Shown here: one piece after another, positions 1-10,439 of the stretch
Layout of the letters: every line of letters starts with the position of its first letter
Position numbering within the stretch: position 1 is the first letter of the stretch
Assembly: GCA_963691875.1 (NCBI GenBank)
Contig: OY829846.1
Span: forward strand, 1,888,001-1,952,000
Length of the DNA stretch: 64,000 nucleotides
Origin: Aureliella sp.
Lineage (GTDB): Bacteria > Planctomycetota > Planctomycetia > Pirellulales > Pirellulaceae
Reading direction: 5' to 3'
The notes under the pieces: model-generated
What the model was told of the DNA's origin: nothing
The model's database searches: none
The model's input: the letters and a program-made list of their open reading frames with translations, nothing else
Program-made: the position numbers and the translations under genes

Positions 1-2255
1 AATCCGCGTGTGACCTCATCGCCGGGAGCATCATAGGCACCGCGCATCAGAATATGCGTCGCTCGAGGGCTCGGATCTTCGCGCATGACCATGATTTCCG
101 GAACCGCTTCCGCCAGGCCGGATCGAGTGTCTCGCAGCTTTTTCAACTCTGTATAAAGTGCTTCTGTTTCAGGCTGTTGTTGAAAGAAAAACTCTTGGAG
201 CTGATCCTGTGTCAAATTGTGTACGAACTCGCCTAGATTCGCAGGTGACTCATCCTTTAGATACAAGTATTTGACCTCGACCGAGGTGAGCTGATCCGCG
301 AAAACCTTCAATTCATCGATTTGTCCATTCTTAAATCCGTTGTCTCGAAACCGCTGCCCAAGTGCCAATTCTTTTGGCGAGGAGTCAATGGTCCGCGTTA
401 GCTTGTCGCGTACGATATTGACTTCCTGCTCTTCCCCGTCCACGAACAGCTTCAATCCGGCGGCTTTGCTGGAGCCGTCATACGTGACGGTGACATGCAT
501 CCAACGATTCACGGAGATTTCTTCGCGTGAAAGAACTCGCATTGCATTGCCGGGCCAGAAGTGAATTAGCGCGGCGCTGAGCTTTCCGTCTTCGATGAGC
601 AATTCATAGCCGCGACTGGCAGAGTCCGTCCAAGCTCTTGAGCGATGAAGAATAACGGCTCGGGATAATTTCTCAGGTGATTTCAGCCACAGCGAAATAG
701 AAAACGCTTGGTCACGGGTAAAATCGCCGCCAGCCGGTACCGAGACATTGTTGTCGCCGCTGAGAAGTACCGCACCACCAACTTTGCCATCTGAAAATAT
801 CGGGCCATCAGACACCTTGCCGGGTTTGTCTGCGTCGACACGGTTGATGACCTTGCCTTCTCCGAGCCCGTCGAGCGAGAAGTCACCAATGCACTTCGCG
901 TAGATACTTTGTTGAATCAATTCTTTCAAGGATTTCTCTGGAACACCTGCAGCATTCCCGGATGGCCGCAAGTCACGAAAAGAAGCTCGCCAAGCGTCAA
1001 ACTGCTGAGTATCTAAACTGGACTTCTTCTTCGTCAGCTTCGACTCAAGTGCAGATATCTGCTCTCGCAAGCCCCGCAGGTTTTTCTCCTGATCGCCGCC
1101 GTAGAGCTGCAGCGCCGGCGTCGGTGTAGAATCGGTGAAGTGCGAGTAGAGCCCAGACTCATCGATGCTATTGAAGAACGCAGCGAGTTGGTAATACTCT
1201 TTCTGCGAAATCGGATCGTACTTGTGATCGTGACAGCGGCAGCACTCAAGAGTAAGACCCAAGAACGCCGCTCCGAACGTATTCACGCGGTCTGCCACAT
1301 ATTCGGCGCGAAATTCTTCTTCCACGCTGCCGCCTTCGTTGGTTTGGCGATGGTTACGATTGAAGGCAGTGGCAAGTACCTGTTCACGTTTTGCAGCGGG
1401 CAAGAGATCGCCGGCAAGCTGCCAGGTGATGAATTGATCATAGGGCAAGTTCTTGTTGAAGGCTTCGACGACCCAGTCACGCCAAGGCCACATCGGGCGA
1501 TAACGATCATTTTGATAGCCGTGCGTGTCGGCGTAGCGGGCGACATCGAGCCAGTCTACGGCCATTCGCTCTCCATATTTCTCAGATGCAAGCAGACTAT
1601 CCACAAGCTTTTCGTAAGCATTGGGACTTGGGTCCCCGAGGAAGGCATCGACTTCATCTGGTGTCGGAGGCAGACCGATAAGATCGAAACTCAGCCGGCG
1701 AATCAGAGTCGCTTTGTCGGCCTGAGCAGTCGCCTTGAGGTTTTGATCCCCCAGACGTTTTGCGACGAACGTGTCAATCGCATGCGAGTCGCTTGCAGCG
1801 TTTTGCAGACTAGGGCGTTTCGGTGGCTTGAATGCCCAGTGCTCCTCGTAGACGGCGCCCTGCTCAATCCACTGCCTCAATATTTGCTTCTCGGACGCGG
1901 TCAGCGAAAGCTTAGAATCGGGCGGCGGCATCACTTCGTCTGGATCATGGCTCAAGATCCGGCGAAGCATTTCACTCTCGGCCGCATCGCCCGGCGTGAT
2001 CGCATACTCGTGAGCAGCCTCCTGGGTATCCAACCGCAAGTCAGCTTCCCGCCGAGAAGCGTCGGGACCGTGGCAAAAGTAGCAACGATCTGAAAGGATT
2101 GGCCGTACTTGGCTCGCGAAATCGATTTTCTCAGCCCGCCGCTGGTCCGAGTCCTGCTTTTTTTCCTCCGCCAGGGCTAGCCCAAACGGCGCCAGGACGA
2201 TGCAAAGTGTTGAGGCCAAGTAAGAAACAGGTTTTGTGAGTCGGTTGGCTGGCAT
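1..2255 (-). CDS. Planctomycete cytochrome c / DUF1549 / LamG / DUF1553 protein (3' end runs off the window; absent from the ORF track)
   Basis: My translation from the ATG at 2255 gives MPANRLTKPVSYLASTLCIVLAPFGLALA (signal peptide), then IDFASQVRPILSDRCYFCHGPD (CxxCH), LIRRLSFDLIGLPPT, YGERMAVDWLDVARYADTHG, LECCRCHDHKYDP, a LamG-like segment (FSISLWL...WMHVTVTYDGS...GQIDELKVF) and VMRE...RGAYDAPG. The frame stays open to the window edge. Confidence 0.93.
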   Translation of the reverse strand, partial: MPANRLTKPVSYLASTLCIVLAPFGLALAEEKKQDSDQRRAEKIDFASQVRPILSDRCYFCHGPDASRREADLRLDTQEAAHEYAITPGDAAESEMLRRILSHDPDEVMPPPDSKLSLTASEKQILRQWIEQGAVYEEHWAFKPPKRPSLQNAASDSHAIDTFVAKRLGDQNLKATAQADKATLIRRLSFDLIGLPPTPDEVDAFLGDPSPNAYEKLVDSLLASEKYGERMAVDWLDVARYADTHGYQNDRYRPMWPWRDWVVEAFNKNLPYDQFITWQLAGDLLPAAKREQVLATAFNRNHRQTNEGGSVEEEFRAEYVADRVNTFGAAFLGLTLECCRCHDHKYDPISQKEYYQLAAFFNSIDESGLYSHFTDSTPTPALQLYGGDQEKNLRGLREQISALESKLTKKKSSLDTQQFDAWRASFRDLRPSGNAAGVPEKSLKELIQQSIYAKCIGDFSLDGLGEGKVINRVDADKPGKVSDGPIFSDGKVGGAVLLSGDNNVSVPAGGDFTRDQAFSISLWLKSPEKLSRAVILHRSRAWTDSASRGYELLIEDGKLSAALIHFWPGNAMRVLSREEISVNRWMHVTVTYDGSSKAAGLKLFVDGEEQEVNIVRDKLTRTIDSSPKELALGQRFRDNGFKNGQIDELKVFADQLTSVEVKYLYLKDESPANLGEFVHNLTQDQLQEFFFQQQPETEALYTELKKLRDTRSGLAEAVPEIMVMREDPSPRATHILMRGAYDAPGDEVTRG

Positions 2256-2822
2256 GAGCGTTGGGGGAGTACGTCTAATTGAGTGGACACAAGGCGTTTG
2301 TCGCGAAGGCGCTTGGGCCAATGAGATGTGACAACCTGCATAGAGTTTAACTTGCGAGCGAACTGCGTGGCATCAGACTGTCACTTCACAATGAGCTCGC
2401 GGATCGGTTAGAGATCCATCATCTCAGAAACGCGACGGGCGTCTTGTTAGATGATCGCAAGAGTTTGTACATTTGAAACAAAGGTGCAATTTTCGTCTTG
2501 TCAACTCAGCGGCGAAGTCGGGTGGATTCGTGTGGACACTGAAAACGCTTGACCTCACCAATTATAGACACGAACAAGATCCATGAGTTTTGGGGCAGCT
2601 ACTTTGATCCAGCAGAAAACCTGTCGCGCCACTATTCGCCGCCGTCGCCTTTCTTATCATTTTGGGGGAACAGCACTTCCCCCTTTTTCGCTCGGAGGCA
2701 CAGCACAAGTTGCAATCTCAGAGCGGTGCCCCAAAAAGCTGAATCGTCACTGAGCAAAGCCAAGTAAATAGTGCTATGCCCCAAAAAAAGGGGCGACAAG
2801 ATTACGTCATTGGGAGTCAATA

Positions 2823-3590
2823 ATGCTGGCTAAACGCATCATTCCCTGCCTGGATGTTAGCGAGGGCAGAGTGGTGAAAGGAACGAACTTCGTGAACCTG
2901 CGGGATGCAGGAGATCCTGTTCAAGTCGCAGCTCGCTACGAGAAGGAAGGCGCCGATGAGCTCGTATTCTTGGATATCACGGCCAGCCACGAGCGCCGCG
3001 GAATCATGCTAGATGTGGTCCGTCGATGCGCAGAGCAGGTATTTATGCCGCTGACTGTCGGGGGCGGTATCAAGACCCTGGAAGACATCCGCGAGCTACT
3101 GCAAGCTGGCTGCGATAAAGTATCGCTCAACACGACAGCTGCTCAGAATCCTGATTTTGTGGCTCAGGCCGCAGATCGCTTTGGCAGTCAGTGCATTGTG
3201 GTCAATATTGATCCCAAGCGAGTCTACCAAGGCGAAAAAGAGCGTTGGGAGGTCCACATCCATGGCGGTAGAACTCCTACCGGATTGGAAGCCGTCAGCT
3301 GGGCACGTCGAGCAGAAGAACTCGGAGCGGGAGAGATCGTACTTACCAGCATGGATTGTGACGGCACTTGCGATGGTTACGATCTGGAAATCACATCCGT
3401 AGTTAGCGAAGCGGTAAGTATTCCGGTCGTGGCGAGCGGAGGAGCCGGAAGTCCGGAACACTTGGCGGACGCAATTCTGCTTGGAAAAGCCGATGCAGCC
3501 CTAGCAGCCAGTATTTTTCACTTCGGGCAGTATACAATAGAGGAAACGAAGCGAACGATGGCGGCTCGTGGGATTCCAGTCCGATTATGA
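2823..3590 (+). CDS. hisF: Imidazole glycerol phosphate synthase cyclase subunit
   Basis: [66 protein letters not shown]. Confidence 0.98.
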   Translation: MLAKRIIPCLDVSEGRVVKGTNFVNLRDAGDPVQVAARYEKEGADELVFLDITASHERRGIMLDVVRRCAEQVFMPLTVGGGIKTLEDIRELLQAGCDKVSLNTTAAQNPDFVAQAADRFGSQCIVVNIDPKRVYQGEKERWEVHIHGGRTPTGLEAVSWARRAEELGAGEIVLTSMDCDGTCDGYDLEITSVVSEAVSIPVVASGGAGSPEHLADAILLGKADAALAASIFHFGQYTIEETKRTMAARGIPVRL

Positions 3591-3777
3591 CCGGCGCCGC
3601 CCTAGGTTTGGGGCCCGTGATCTTGACAGGTGACGCCCGTTCGTTTGACAACTTATCCAGACGGCATATCGTCCAGGTTTGCAGCTCTGCATCCCGGCGC
3701 TAATTCTCATTCTGCACAGTTTAGCGTCCCGAAACTTATAAATTCACTTTGGTAGCCAATTTATACAGGAGCCACTG

Positions 3778-4929
3778 ATGGCGGCAGGCGAAGACGACAA
3801 ACTAGTCGGCAATTTGCTTCGAGAGCGACAGGAGCTTGAAGTCGACAAGATCTTTCGTGCGCTAGTCAAACTCGAGGGCAGTGACTTACACATGAAAGTT
3901 GGCCAGCCGCCTATCGTCCGGGTCAGTGGAACGCTTAAGCCTCTGAATCGCCCGCCCGTCGAGCGGGAGGAAATGGTCCGCCTGTTGGTCCCCATGATGG
4001 ATGACCGAGCGCGTCGAATTTTTGAGGAAGACGGCGGTGCCGACTTTGCTTATGTCGTACCGGTTGACGGCGTCGATTGGCGATTTCGCGTGAACATGCT
4101 CAAGCAGCTGGGCAACATTGGATTGGTGGCTCGGCGAGTCAACAATTACATCCCGCCCTTTCAAGGGCTGTTCCTGCCGCCCTCAATCGAGAGTCTCTGC
4201 CACTTTGACCAAGGCATGGTGTTGCTAGCGGGTGTTACCGGTTCAGGAAAGAGTACAACTATCGGTTCCATCCTGAACTACATTAACTCGATCTACTCAA
4301 AGCATATTTTAACGCTCGAAGATCCCATCGAATTCGTCTTTACCGAAGACAAATGTTTGATCAATCAGCGCGAGATTGGAGACGACGTCAAAGACTTTGA
4401 AATCGGCATGAAGCACGCCGTACGGGAGGATCCGGACATCATCCTTGTCGGTGAGATGCGGGACCAGGAAACGTTCATGACCGCGATTCACGCGGCGGAA
4501 ACAGGTCACTTGGTTTTCGGGACAATTCACGCTTCCAGTGCTCCGACAACCATCGGTCGTATCCTCGACTTGTTCCCCGAGGAAATGCACGGTGCGATTC
4601 GATCTGCGATTGCCTTTAACATGAAGGGAATCGTAGCTCAAAAGCTTCTGAAGTCGATCAAGAAGGGTGTCGGTCGAGTCCCAACGGTGGAGATCATGAC
4701 TTTTACACCGATGATTCAGAAACTTGTTCTTGAAGGTAGCGATTCAAAGCTTCCCGATGCGATTCGAATTGGTGCCGCAGAAGGCATGCAAGACTTCACT
4801 ATGAGTCTCAAGCAGCTGATCGACGATGAGTTGATCGATCGCCCCACCGCATTTGCCGTGGCCCCGAACAAAGATGCTTTAAAGATGGCTTTAAAGGGAA
4901 TCGAAGTCAGTCAGCCAGGAATCATTTGA
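3778..4929 (+). CDS. pilT: PilT/PilU family type IV pilus ATPase
   Basis: SDLHMKVG, Walker A GVTGSGKST, TLEDPIEF, REDPDIILVGEMRD, His box AETGHLVFGTIHASSA, GMQDF. Confidence 0.92.
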   Translation: MAAGEDDKLVGNLLRERQELEVDKIFRALVKLEGSDLHMKVGQPPIVRVSGTLKPLNRPPVEREEMVRLLVPMMDDRARRIFEEDGGADFAYVVPVDGVDWRFRVNMLKQLGNIGLVARRVNNYIPPFQGLFLPPSIESLCHFDQGMVLLAGVTGSGKSTTIGSILNYINSIYSKHILTLEDPIEFVFTEDKCLINQREIGDDVKDFEIGMKHAVREDPDIILVGEMRDQETFMTAIHAAETGHLVFGTIHASSAPTTIGRILDLFPEEMHGAIRSAIAFNMKGIVAQKLLKSIKKGVGRVPTVEIMTFTPMIQKLVLEGSDSKLPDAIRIGAAEGMQDFTMSLKQLIDDELIDRPTAFAVAPNKDALKMALKGIEVSQPGII

Positions 4930-5049
4930 TCCAGCCAGTTGCTGCGGCAGAGCAGAGGCTCGCAAGCAGCGTGAATATTGTCAGCAGGAGGAGCGGATGT
5001 TCGATCTTGTTGCTCAATTTATGCCATCCAGAAAAGAATACGATAACAA

Positions 5050-6405
5050 ATGTTACGCCGGAAAAAGAAGCAAAAGCAAGCTGCTGCTGGAGAGGTTGTC
5101 CTCCCTGATCTCGAGTTTAAGCCCAAAATAAAAGACCCGCGTGAAAAGCAAGGAGTGCTAATCTCGTGCCGTGCCGTTGAGCAATATCCGTCTTGCGTAG
5201 TACTGTGTGCGAAAGCTCTCCGTAACCGTGCAGACCAGCTCATGCTTGATTACACTTCGCAAAGCGTCAGCGTTCGCTTCCGAATCGACGGACGATTCGA
5301 AAGCATGCCGCCAATGGATCGTCCTACTGGTGATGGTCTCCTTGTCATTTTGAAGAAGCTCTGCGAATTGAATCCTGCGGACCGCAAGTCGCGTCAGCAA
5401 GCCCTGTTACCTGTGAAATACAAAGGAGATGACTTCAATTTTGAGTTCACGTCGCAAGGTGTTCCAACCGGGGAGCGAGTGCTGATCAAAATCAGCGCCA
5501 AGAAATCTTCCCTCAATGACCTTGAGTCACTCGGGATGCGGAACCAGATGCAGGAGGACTTCCGAAGTCTGCTCAATGCGCCTGACTCGATGTTCTTGTT
5601 TAGCGGAATACCTGGACATGGACTTCCGACGACTTGGAACATTGGTCTTGAGTCAGCGGATCGATTCATCCGAGACTTCCACAGTATTCAGGACAAGGCA
5701 CTGGGCGAACCTGAACTGATCAACATCACCCCTCACCACTACGATTCTGCAGCGGGTGAGACACCGATGACAGTGCTCAAAAGCTTGTTGCTGAAGCAGC
5801 CTGACGTTCTAGTTTTCCCGACGCTTCCGGACCATGAAGTCATGTCGCTCGTCGTCGGAGAAGTTGCTGAGGAGCAACGCAAGGCAATCATCCGTATTCA
5901 AGCGAATTCTGCGGTCGAGGCATTCATCAACCTCCTCGCAAAGTACCCGAAATCGCGTAAAGAAATCGCGAAGACGACGGCAGGAGTCATCAATCTTCGT
6001 CTCGTTCGACGACTGTGCACCAAGTGCCGTCAGGCCTTCCAGCCCAATCCACAGCTACTGAAGAAGCTAGGGCTTCCCCCCGGGCGAATCCAAGTGCTCT
6101 ACCAACCCTTCATTCCTCCGCCGCCAGAGCAGCGCGTTGACGCAAACGGCAAACCAATCGAAATCGAGATTTGCCGCAGGTGCAATGGTAGAGGATTTCA
6201 TGGGCGAGCGGCGATTTTCGAGCTACTCAAGATAGACGACGATATTCGCAAGGCGGCTCTGTCCGATCCGAATCCAGCCAACGTTCAAGCGGTTGCCCGA
6301 AGCAAAGGCTTCCTGACGATTCAAGAAGAGGGAGTTTTGGCAGTTGCGACAGGGATGACCAGCATTCAAGAGGTACAAGCAGTTCTTTCTCCCAAGCGGC
6401 GTTAG
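5050..6405 (+). CDS. GspE/PulE-like protein with degenerate ATPase motifs
   Basis: GspE hallmarks VRFRIDG, PTGERV, RLVRRLCTKC...CRRCNGRGFHGRAAIFELL and GMTSIQEV are present. Walker A reads GIPGHGLPTT and Walker B reads PDVLVFPTL. Confidence 0.85.
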   Translation: MLRRKKKQKQAAAGEVVLPDLEFKPKIKDPREKQGVLISCRAVEQYPSCVVLCAKALRNRADQLMLDYTSQSVSVRFRIDGRFESMPPMDRPTGDGLLVILKKLCELNPADRKSRQQALLPVKYKGDDFNFEFTSQGVPTGERVLIKISAKKSSLNDLESLGMRNQMQEDFRSLLNAPDSMFLFSGIPGHGLPTTWNIGLESADRFIRDFHSIQDKALGEPELINITPHHYDSAAGETPMTVLKSLLLKQPDVLVFPTLPDHEVMSLVVGEVAEEQRKAIIRIQANSAVEAFINLLAKYPKSRKEIAKTTAGVINLRLVRRLCTKCRQAFQPNPQLLKKLGLPPGRIQVLYQPFIPPPPEQRVDANGKPIEIEICRRCNGRGFHGRAAIFELLKIDDDIRKAALSDPNPANVQAVARSKGFLTIQEEGVLAVATGMTSIQEVQAVLSPKRR

Positions 6406-6633
6406 CTGAAACGCAGAATATGTTACTGCTCGAATTCAGCATTTGATTTAAGATCGAATGCCGAGCATGCGAGCCTTCGTGCAATCCGACCGCCCCTTGG
6501 ATTTTCGCTTTGCTGAGCTAAGTTTGCATGGCCCGCGAACATGCGTGGCTCGCAGAGCGTAACTCGTGCAATCGCGGGAGTTGCGTTCGAGGCAACTTTC
6601 CCCTCCTGAACCAACCACCGAAAGCGACGCCAA

Positions 6634-7326
6634 ATGGAAGACTCGTCTGCGTTCTCAGAAGACAGTGAAAGCGAATTCGTTAGCATCAGCAAACTTGCTG
6701 TGATCGCTTTGATCCTCGCAATCCTCTCTGGCCTTTCAATCATTTCACCAGGTGTGGTCTTTGTTTCCGTCGTCGCTGTGGTTCTTGCCCTCATCGCCGG
6801 CATACGAATTCAACGAGACTCGCAACTCGGTGGTGGTCACGCTGCCATGCTTGCCTTGGTGATTAGCTGTTTCACGGGAGCATGGTCGATCACCGCAGCA
6901 CAACAGACAAATCAAAAGCTCTACGGTCTGGGCGCCGTTCACGCCAAGACTTATCTGGAAGCCATCGCAAGTGGTGAGACTTTTCAAGCGATGGAGATGC
7001 GCAAAGAGGAGCACGCACGTGAGGTTATTGGAGCCCAGCTAGGCTTGAAGTATGGTGGAGCAAGCAAGGTCAAAGCGGAACTCGACCAGTTCCTGGGTAA
7101 ACCAGGAACAAAGCTGATTCAAGAATCTGGTCGAGATTCCCAATGGGAACTCGCGAAAGGCCTTAGTACACAACAAGCCGATGAAACGCACAGAATCGTG
7201 CTGCTGATGCAGAACCAGAAGAATACTTCGCAGCAAATCGTTGTAACGCTCTTTCGGCGGTTCGTCGATAGTGACGAAGGTGGCGTCGCCTTGTGGCACA
7301 TCGTCGATCATGCGACCGTCGACTAG
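6634..7326 (+). CDS. Hypothetical membrane protein (N-terminal TM helices, DUF4190-like, plus a soluble domain)
   Basis: Hydrophobic helices in residues ~20-90 (ISKLAVIALILAILS..., GGHAAMLALVISCF) followed by a polar domain. Confidence 0.7.
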   Translation: MEDSSAFSEDSESEFVSISKLAVIALILAILSGLSIISPGVVFVSVVAVVLALIAGIRIQRDSQLGGGHAAMLALVISCFTGAWSITAAQQTNQKLYGLGAVHAKTYLEAIASGETFQAMEMRKEEHAREVIGAQLGLKYGGASKVKAELDQFLGKPGTKLIQESGRDSQWELAKGLSTQQADETHRIVLLMQNQKNTSQQIVVTLFRRFVDSDEGGVALWHIVDHATVD

Positions 7327-7566
7327 AAATTCATCCACTGCCAGCCTCTCTGCGAGAGTGAATCGGCGTTTGAATCTTTGAGCCGAAGGTGTTAACCGCG
7401 GCGAGGGTTTTTCTTGGCTCAGCCCCACTCCACCGAGTTCAGCAAACATTGCCAGTTTGAATCCTTGATTGCCCCTTAGTCCACTCGCGACCTACTTGCG
7501 GCGTTGGCCCAAAGCGAAGAAACTGTGGTGAAGTCTTGCATCTAGTTTCTCTCACGTCTTCTTCCC

Positions 7567-8511
7567 ATGTCACGTTGCCTCGTCAGCTTTGGTGCAAATA
7601 TAGGCAATGCACTCGAGACGATCCGGGAAGCTTCGTCCGCGTTGCAGCTTGCGTTGACCAAGACCTCATCTCAGAGTGCCCAAGAGACACAGTATCAACT
7701 AAGTCGATACTTCCGAACTCCTCCTGTTGGTGGCCCGGTAGGACAACCACCTTTCGTAAATGCAGTTGCCGCCTTCGAAACGCAACTCTCCGTTTGGGAA
7801 GTTTGGGAAATCGTCCGAAAGCTTGAACACCAATTCGGTCGGGAGCGGAATCGTCGGTGGGAAGCACGCAAGCTGGATCTGGATATTTTGCTGTTTGACG
7901 ACCAACGAGTTTGGACCCCGCAGTTGAAAGTGCCTCATCCGCGGATGTGCATGAGACGCTTTATCCTGCTTCCTGCATGTGATGTCGCCGCCGAATGGAT
8001 TGATCCCGTTTCGCGTTTTCCATTGGGAAAGCTAGCGTCGAACCTTCAGACTCGCCCCGCAAGCTTGGTTGCCTTCTTGGAGGATCAAGCAATCGCAAAA
8101 CCGCTTCTTATCGAGGTTGGACTTCAAGCGCGTGCAAACTGGGTTGGACCGGAGGACAGTCATCCGGCGACTTCCGCGCATGATCGATGGATGGCAATCT
8201 CCAGCTTCTTTTCCGATGCAATTGGCTCCAAACTCGACCATAAGCATGCGGCTTCTACCAACCTCGCGGTCTTCCTTGTGGGATCGCCGACCCAAGAGAA
8301 CGAATGTGAAGCGATGCGAACCGGACAGGACGGAGCCTGGGAAGATCGTCATCGCCAAATCGCAAAGCAATTGCGACTCACACCAGCTAGTGGCCACGCA
8401 CTCAAGTTCGATGGACCGCGGTATCTTTTAGACGCCTCCGACCCCCAATGGGCTATCCATGAACTCGTCGCTGCATTCGACGCCATGGATTGCCCGGTCG
8501 AGCCGTTTTGA
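7567..8511 (+). CDS. folK: 2-amino-4-hydroxy-6-hydroxymethyldihydropteridine diphosphokinase with C-terminal extension
   Basis: SFGANIG, TPPVGGPVGQPPFVNAV, RWEARKLDLDILLF, LKVPHPRMCMRRFILLP. Confidence 0.93.
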   Translation: MSRCLVSFGANIGNALETIREASSALQLALTKTSSQSAQETQYQLSRYFRTPPVGGPVGQPPFVNAVAAFETQLSVWEVWEIVRKLEHQFGRERNRRWEARKLDLDILLFDDQRVWTPQLKVPHPRMCMRRFILLPACDVAAEWIDPVSRFPLGKLASNLQTRPASLVAFLEDQAIAKPLLIEVGLQARANWVGPEDSHPATSAHDRWMAISSFFSDAIGSKLDHKHAASTNLAVFLVGSPTQENECEAMRTGQDGAWEDRHRQIAKQLRLTPASGHALKFDGPRYLLDASDPQWAIHELVAAFDAMDCPVEPF

Positions 8512-8540
8512 CGCTGCTGACCACTAGAGCTCGCAGCGGA

Positions 8541-10439
8541 TTAGCGAAGCACTCTACCTGCTTGCGTCGCGTGTTTTGAGTCAGCAGCGCGGCCAAGAAG
8601 CAGGATCGATTTTCCTGGCTTCAAAAAGTAATCGGTCTCAACCAACACTTCGATGTCTCTAGGAAGATTTTTCTTCAGGTCGCGATAGTGCTCTGAAGTG
8701 GTGATGAGAAAAGGTTCCGAACGAGTTTCAAAAAACGACACCACATCGGGCTTGGGATGAGCGTGCCAGTTTTTGTCGCGAGCGGCTTGGGCATTTACGG
8801 AAACATATTCTTCGTCTTCTTGAGAACTTGCGAAAAGTTCCACAATTGGACGCTGTGCGTAGTAGACCCAGCTGGATTCCAGGCAACGAAAAGAAGCAAG
8901 TTGTGGTTCGGTGCTGTTTTCTTGGATGTAGCTCAGAAGCTGTTGGTTGTGCTGGTGGCGATCCACCTGGACCATCAATCCGCCAAAAACCGCGAGGGCG
9001 TAGGCACAGCCGGTTATTCCCAGCGTTGTGCCGAGCTGTTTTGGCATTCGCTGCAAATGAAACAACAGCGCGAGTCCACCGCCCAAAAGCGGAACAAGCC
9101 CAACGAGAGCAATCGACCCATCGCCCGGCGCGATACTCTCTGCCGCAATGCCAAGGCCGACCCACAGTCCGACGCCCGACATGCAAAGCACTGCAAGTCC
9201 AATTGCAGGCCAAGCTCTTCCGGCGAAGGAATGCCCCTTCAACCAATGATGCACAAAGCAAGCGGTCAACAATGCTAAAGCTGGATAGCAAGGCGTCACG
9301 TAGCTTGGAAGCTTGGTACGCGCAATGGTGAAAACGCCAACCCAGACGCAGATCCAGCAGAGCAAGAAAGTGTATCCAATAGACCAGCTATGCTTGGCCC
9401 GAAATGCTCGCCAGGTGCTCAAGCCAGTCGGTATCATGAACACGGACCAAGGGAAGAAGCACAGGCATATCGCGAGCGGATAGTAAAAAACCGAGCCGCG
9501 ATGATTTTCAAAACTCTGAGTCGCACGACCAAAGTGCTCTTTGAGGAAGAAACCTGTCAGGAAGTCTCCCTCTGTTCTCAGTCCAACCCAAACGAACCAG
9601 GGCGCCGCGATGGCGAGTGCAATCAAGGTCGCAGAGAAGGGTCGCATAGACCACAACGTACGAAGAAAGTGTAAAGGTGCAAAGCAACGCATCGCTCCGA
9701 TCAACGTGTTCTTGCCAAGGATGACAATTGTGCTGAGGAAGCTGCTAGCCGGCTGGCTCGTTTCCGCTGTGTATGTTTCGCTATGAGGCAAACGTATGAT
9801 TAGTAGAAACATGCCGATAATCGCCATCGGCAAGATCAAAGCAACAGGGCCTTTGGCCAAGATTCCCAAACCCATGGCGGAATACATTGCGACAACAATC
9901 CAACCATTTTGCGGAAACCATTTTCCTTCGGCGCGCAAGATTGGTCCTGAATCATATTCCTCTAGAGCCTTTACTCGAAACGTACCACATACATAGATCG
10001 TGATAGCTATAGTGCAGAAGAAGATCAGTGGCGAGTCAGGTGTGGCCACTCTCGCGGCGACGCAAAACATCGTGCTCGTCGCCAATATCACTGCAGCCCA
10101 TAATCCGACGCGCGGCTGAAAGAGTTGTCGCCCCATGAAGTAGGTAGCCAGAATCGTTCCGACACCGAGCAGCGCGGACCAGAGTCTAGCCGCAAACTCA
10201 TTGACGCCGAAAACTTCGTAGGCCGACATGATCAGCCAGTAAGTCAGCACTGGCTTTGCATCTCGCAGTTGGTCGTTAAAAATCGGAACGACCCAGTCTC
10301 CCCTCGCCATCATTTCCGCCGCGCAGCCAGCATTGCGAGGCTCGTCCCGATCCATGAGTTGTGTCGCACCTAGATTGGTGAACAGGGTAGCTACAGCCAC
10401 AGCGAGGACGATGGTAATGTGGGAAAGAGGCGGCTTCAT
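8541..10439 (-). CDS. ArnT/PMT-2 family polytopic membrane glycosyltransferase
   Basis: MDRDEPRNAGCAAEM, KPVLTYW, FGVNEFAARL, LAKGPVA, TKLPSYVTPCYP; many TM helices. Confidence 0.9.
   Translation of the reverse strand: MKPPLSHITIVLAVAVATLFTNLGATQLMDRDEPRNAGCAAEMMARGDWVVPIFNDQLRDAKPVLTYWLIMSAYEVFGVNEFAARLWSALLGVGTILATYFMGRQLFQPRVGLWAAVILATSTMFCVAARVATPDSPLIFFCTIAITIYVCGTFRVKALEEYDSGPILRAEGKWFPQNGWIVVAMYSAMGLGILAKGPVALILPMAIIGMFLLIIRLPHSETYTAETSQPASSFLSTIVILGKNTLIGAMRCFAPLHFLRTLWSMRPFSATLIALAIAAPWFVWVGLRTEGDFLTGFFLKEHFGRATQSFENHRGSVFYYPLAICLCFFPWSVFMIPTGLSTWRAFRAKHSWSIGYTFLLCWICVWVGVFTIARTKLPSYVTPCYPALALLTACFVHHWLKGHSFAGRAWPAIGLAVLCMSGVGLWVGLGIAAESIAPGDGSIALVGLVPLLGGGLALLFHLQRMPKQLGTTLGITGCAYALAVFGGLMVQVDRHQHNQQLLSYIQENSTEPQLASFRCLESSWVYYAQRPIVELFASSQEDEEYVSVNAQAARDKNWHAHPKPDVVSFFETRSEPFLITTSEHYRDLKKNLPRDIEVLVETDYFLKPGKSILLLGRAADSKHATQAGRVLR

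Noticed and set aside
1140..2093. 317-aa plus-strand ORF
   Set aside because: Antisense shadow of the DUF1549/1553 gene, which carries all the recognisable motifs
2778..2794. gcccc-A7-ggggc hairpin upstream of hisF as a possible attenuator
   Set aside because: Short stem, no His-rich leader peptide and no U-tail
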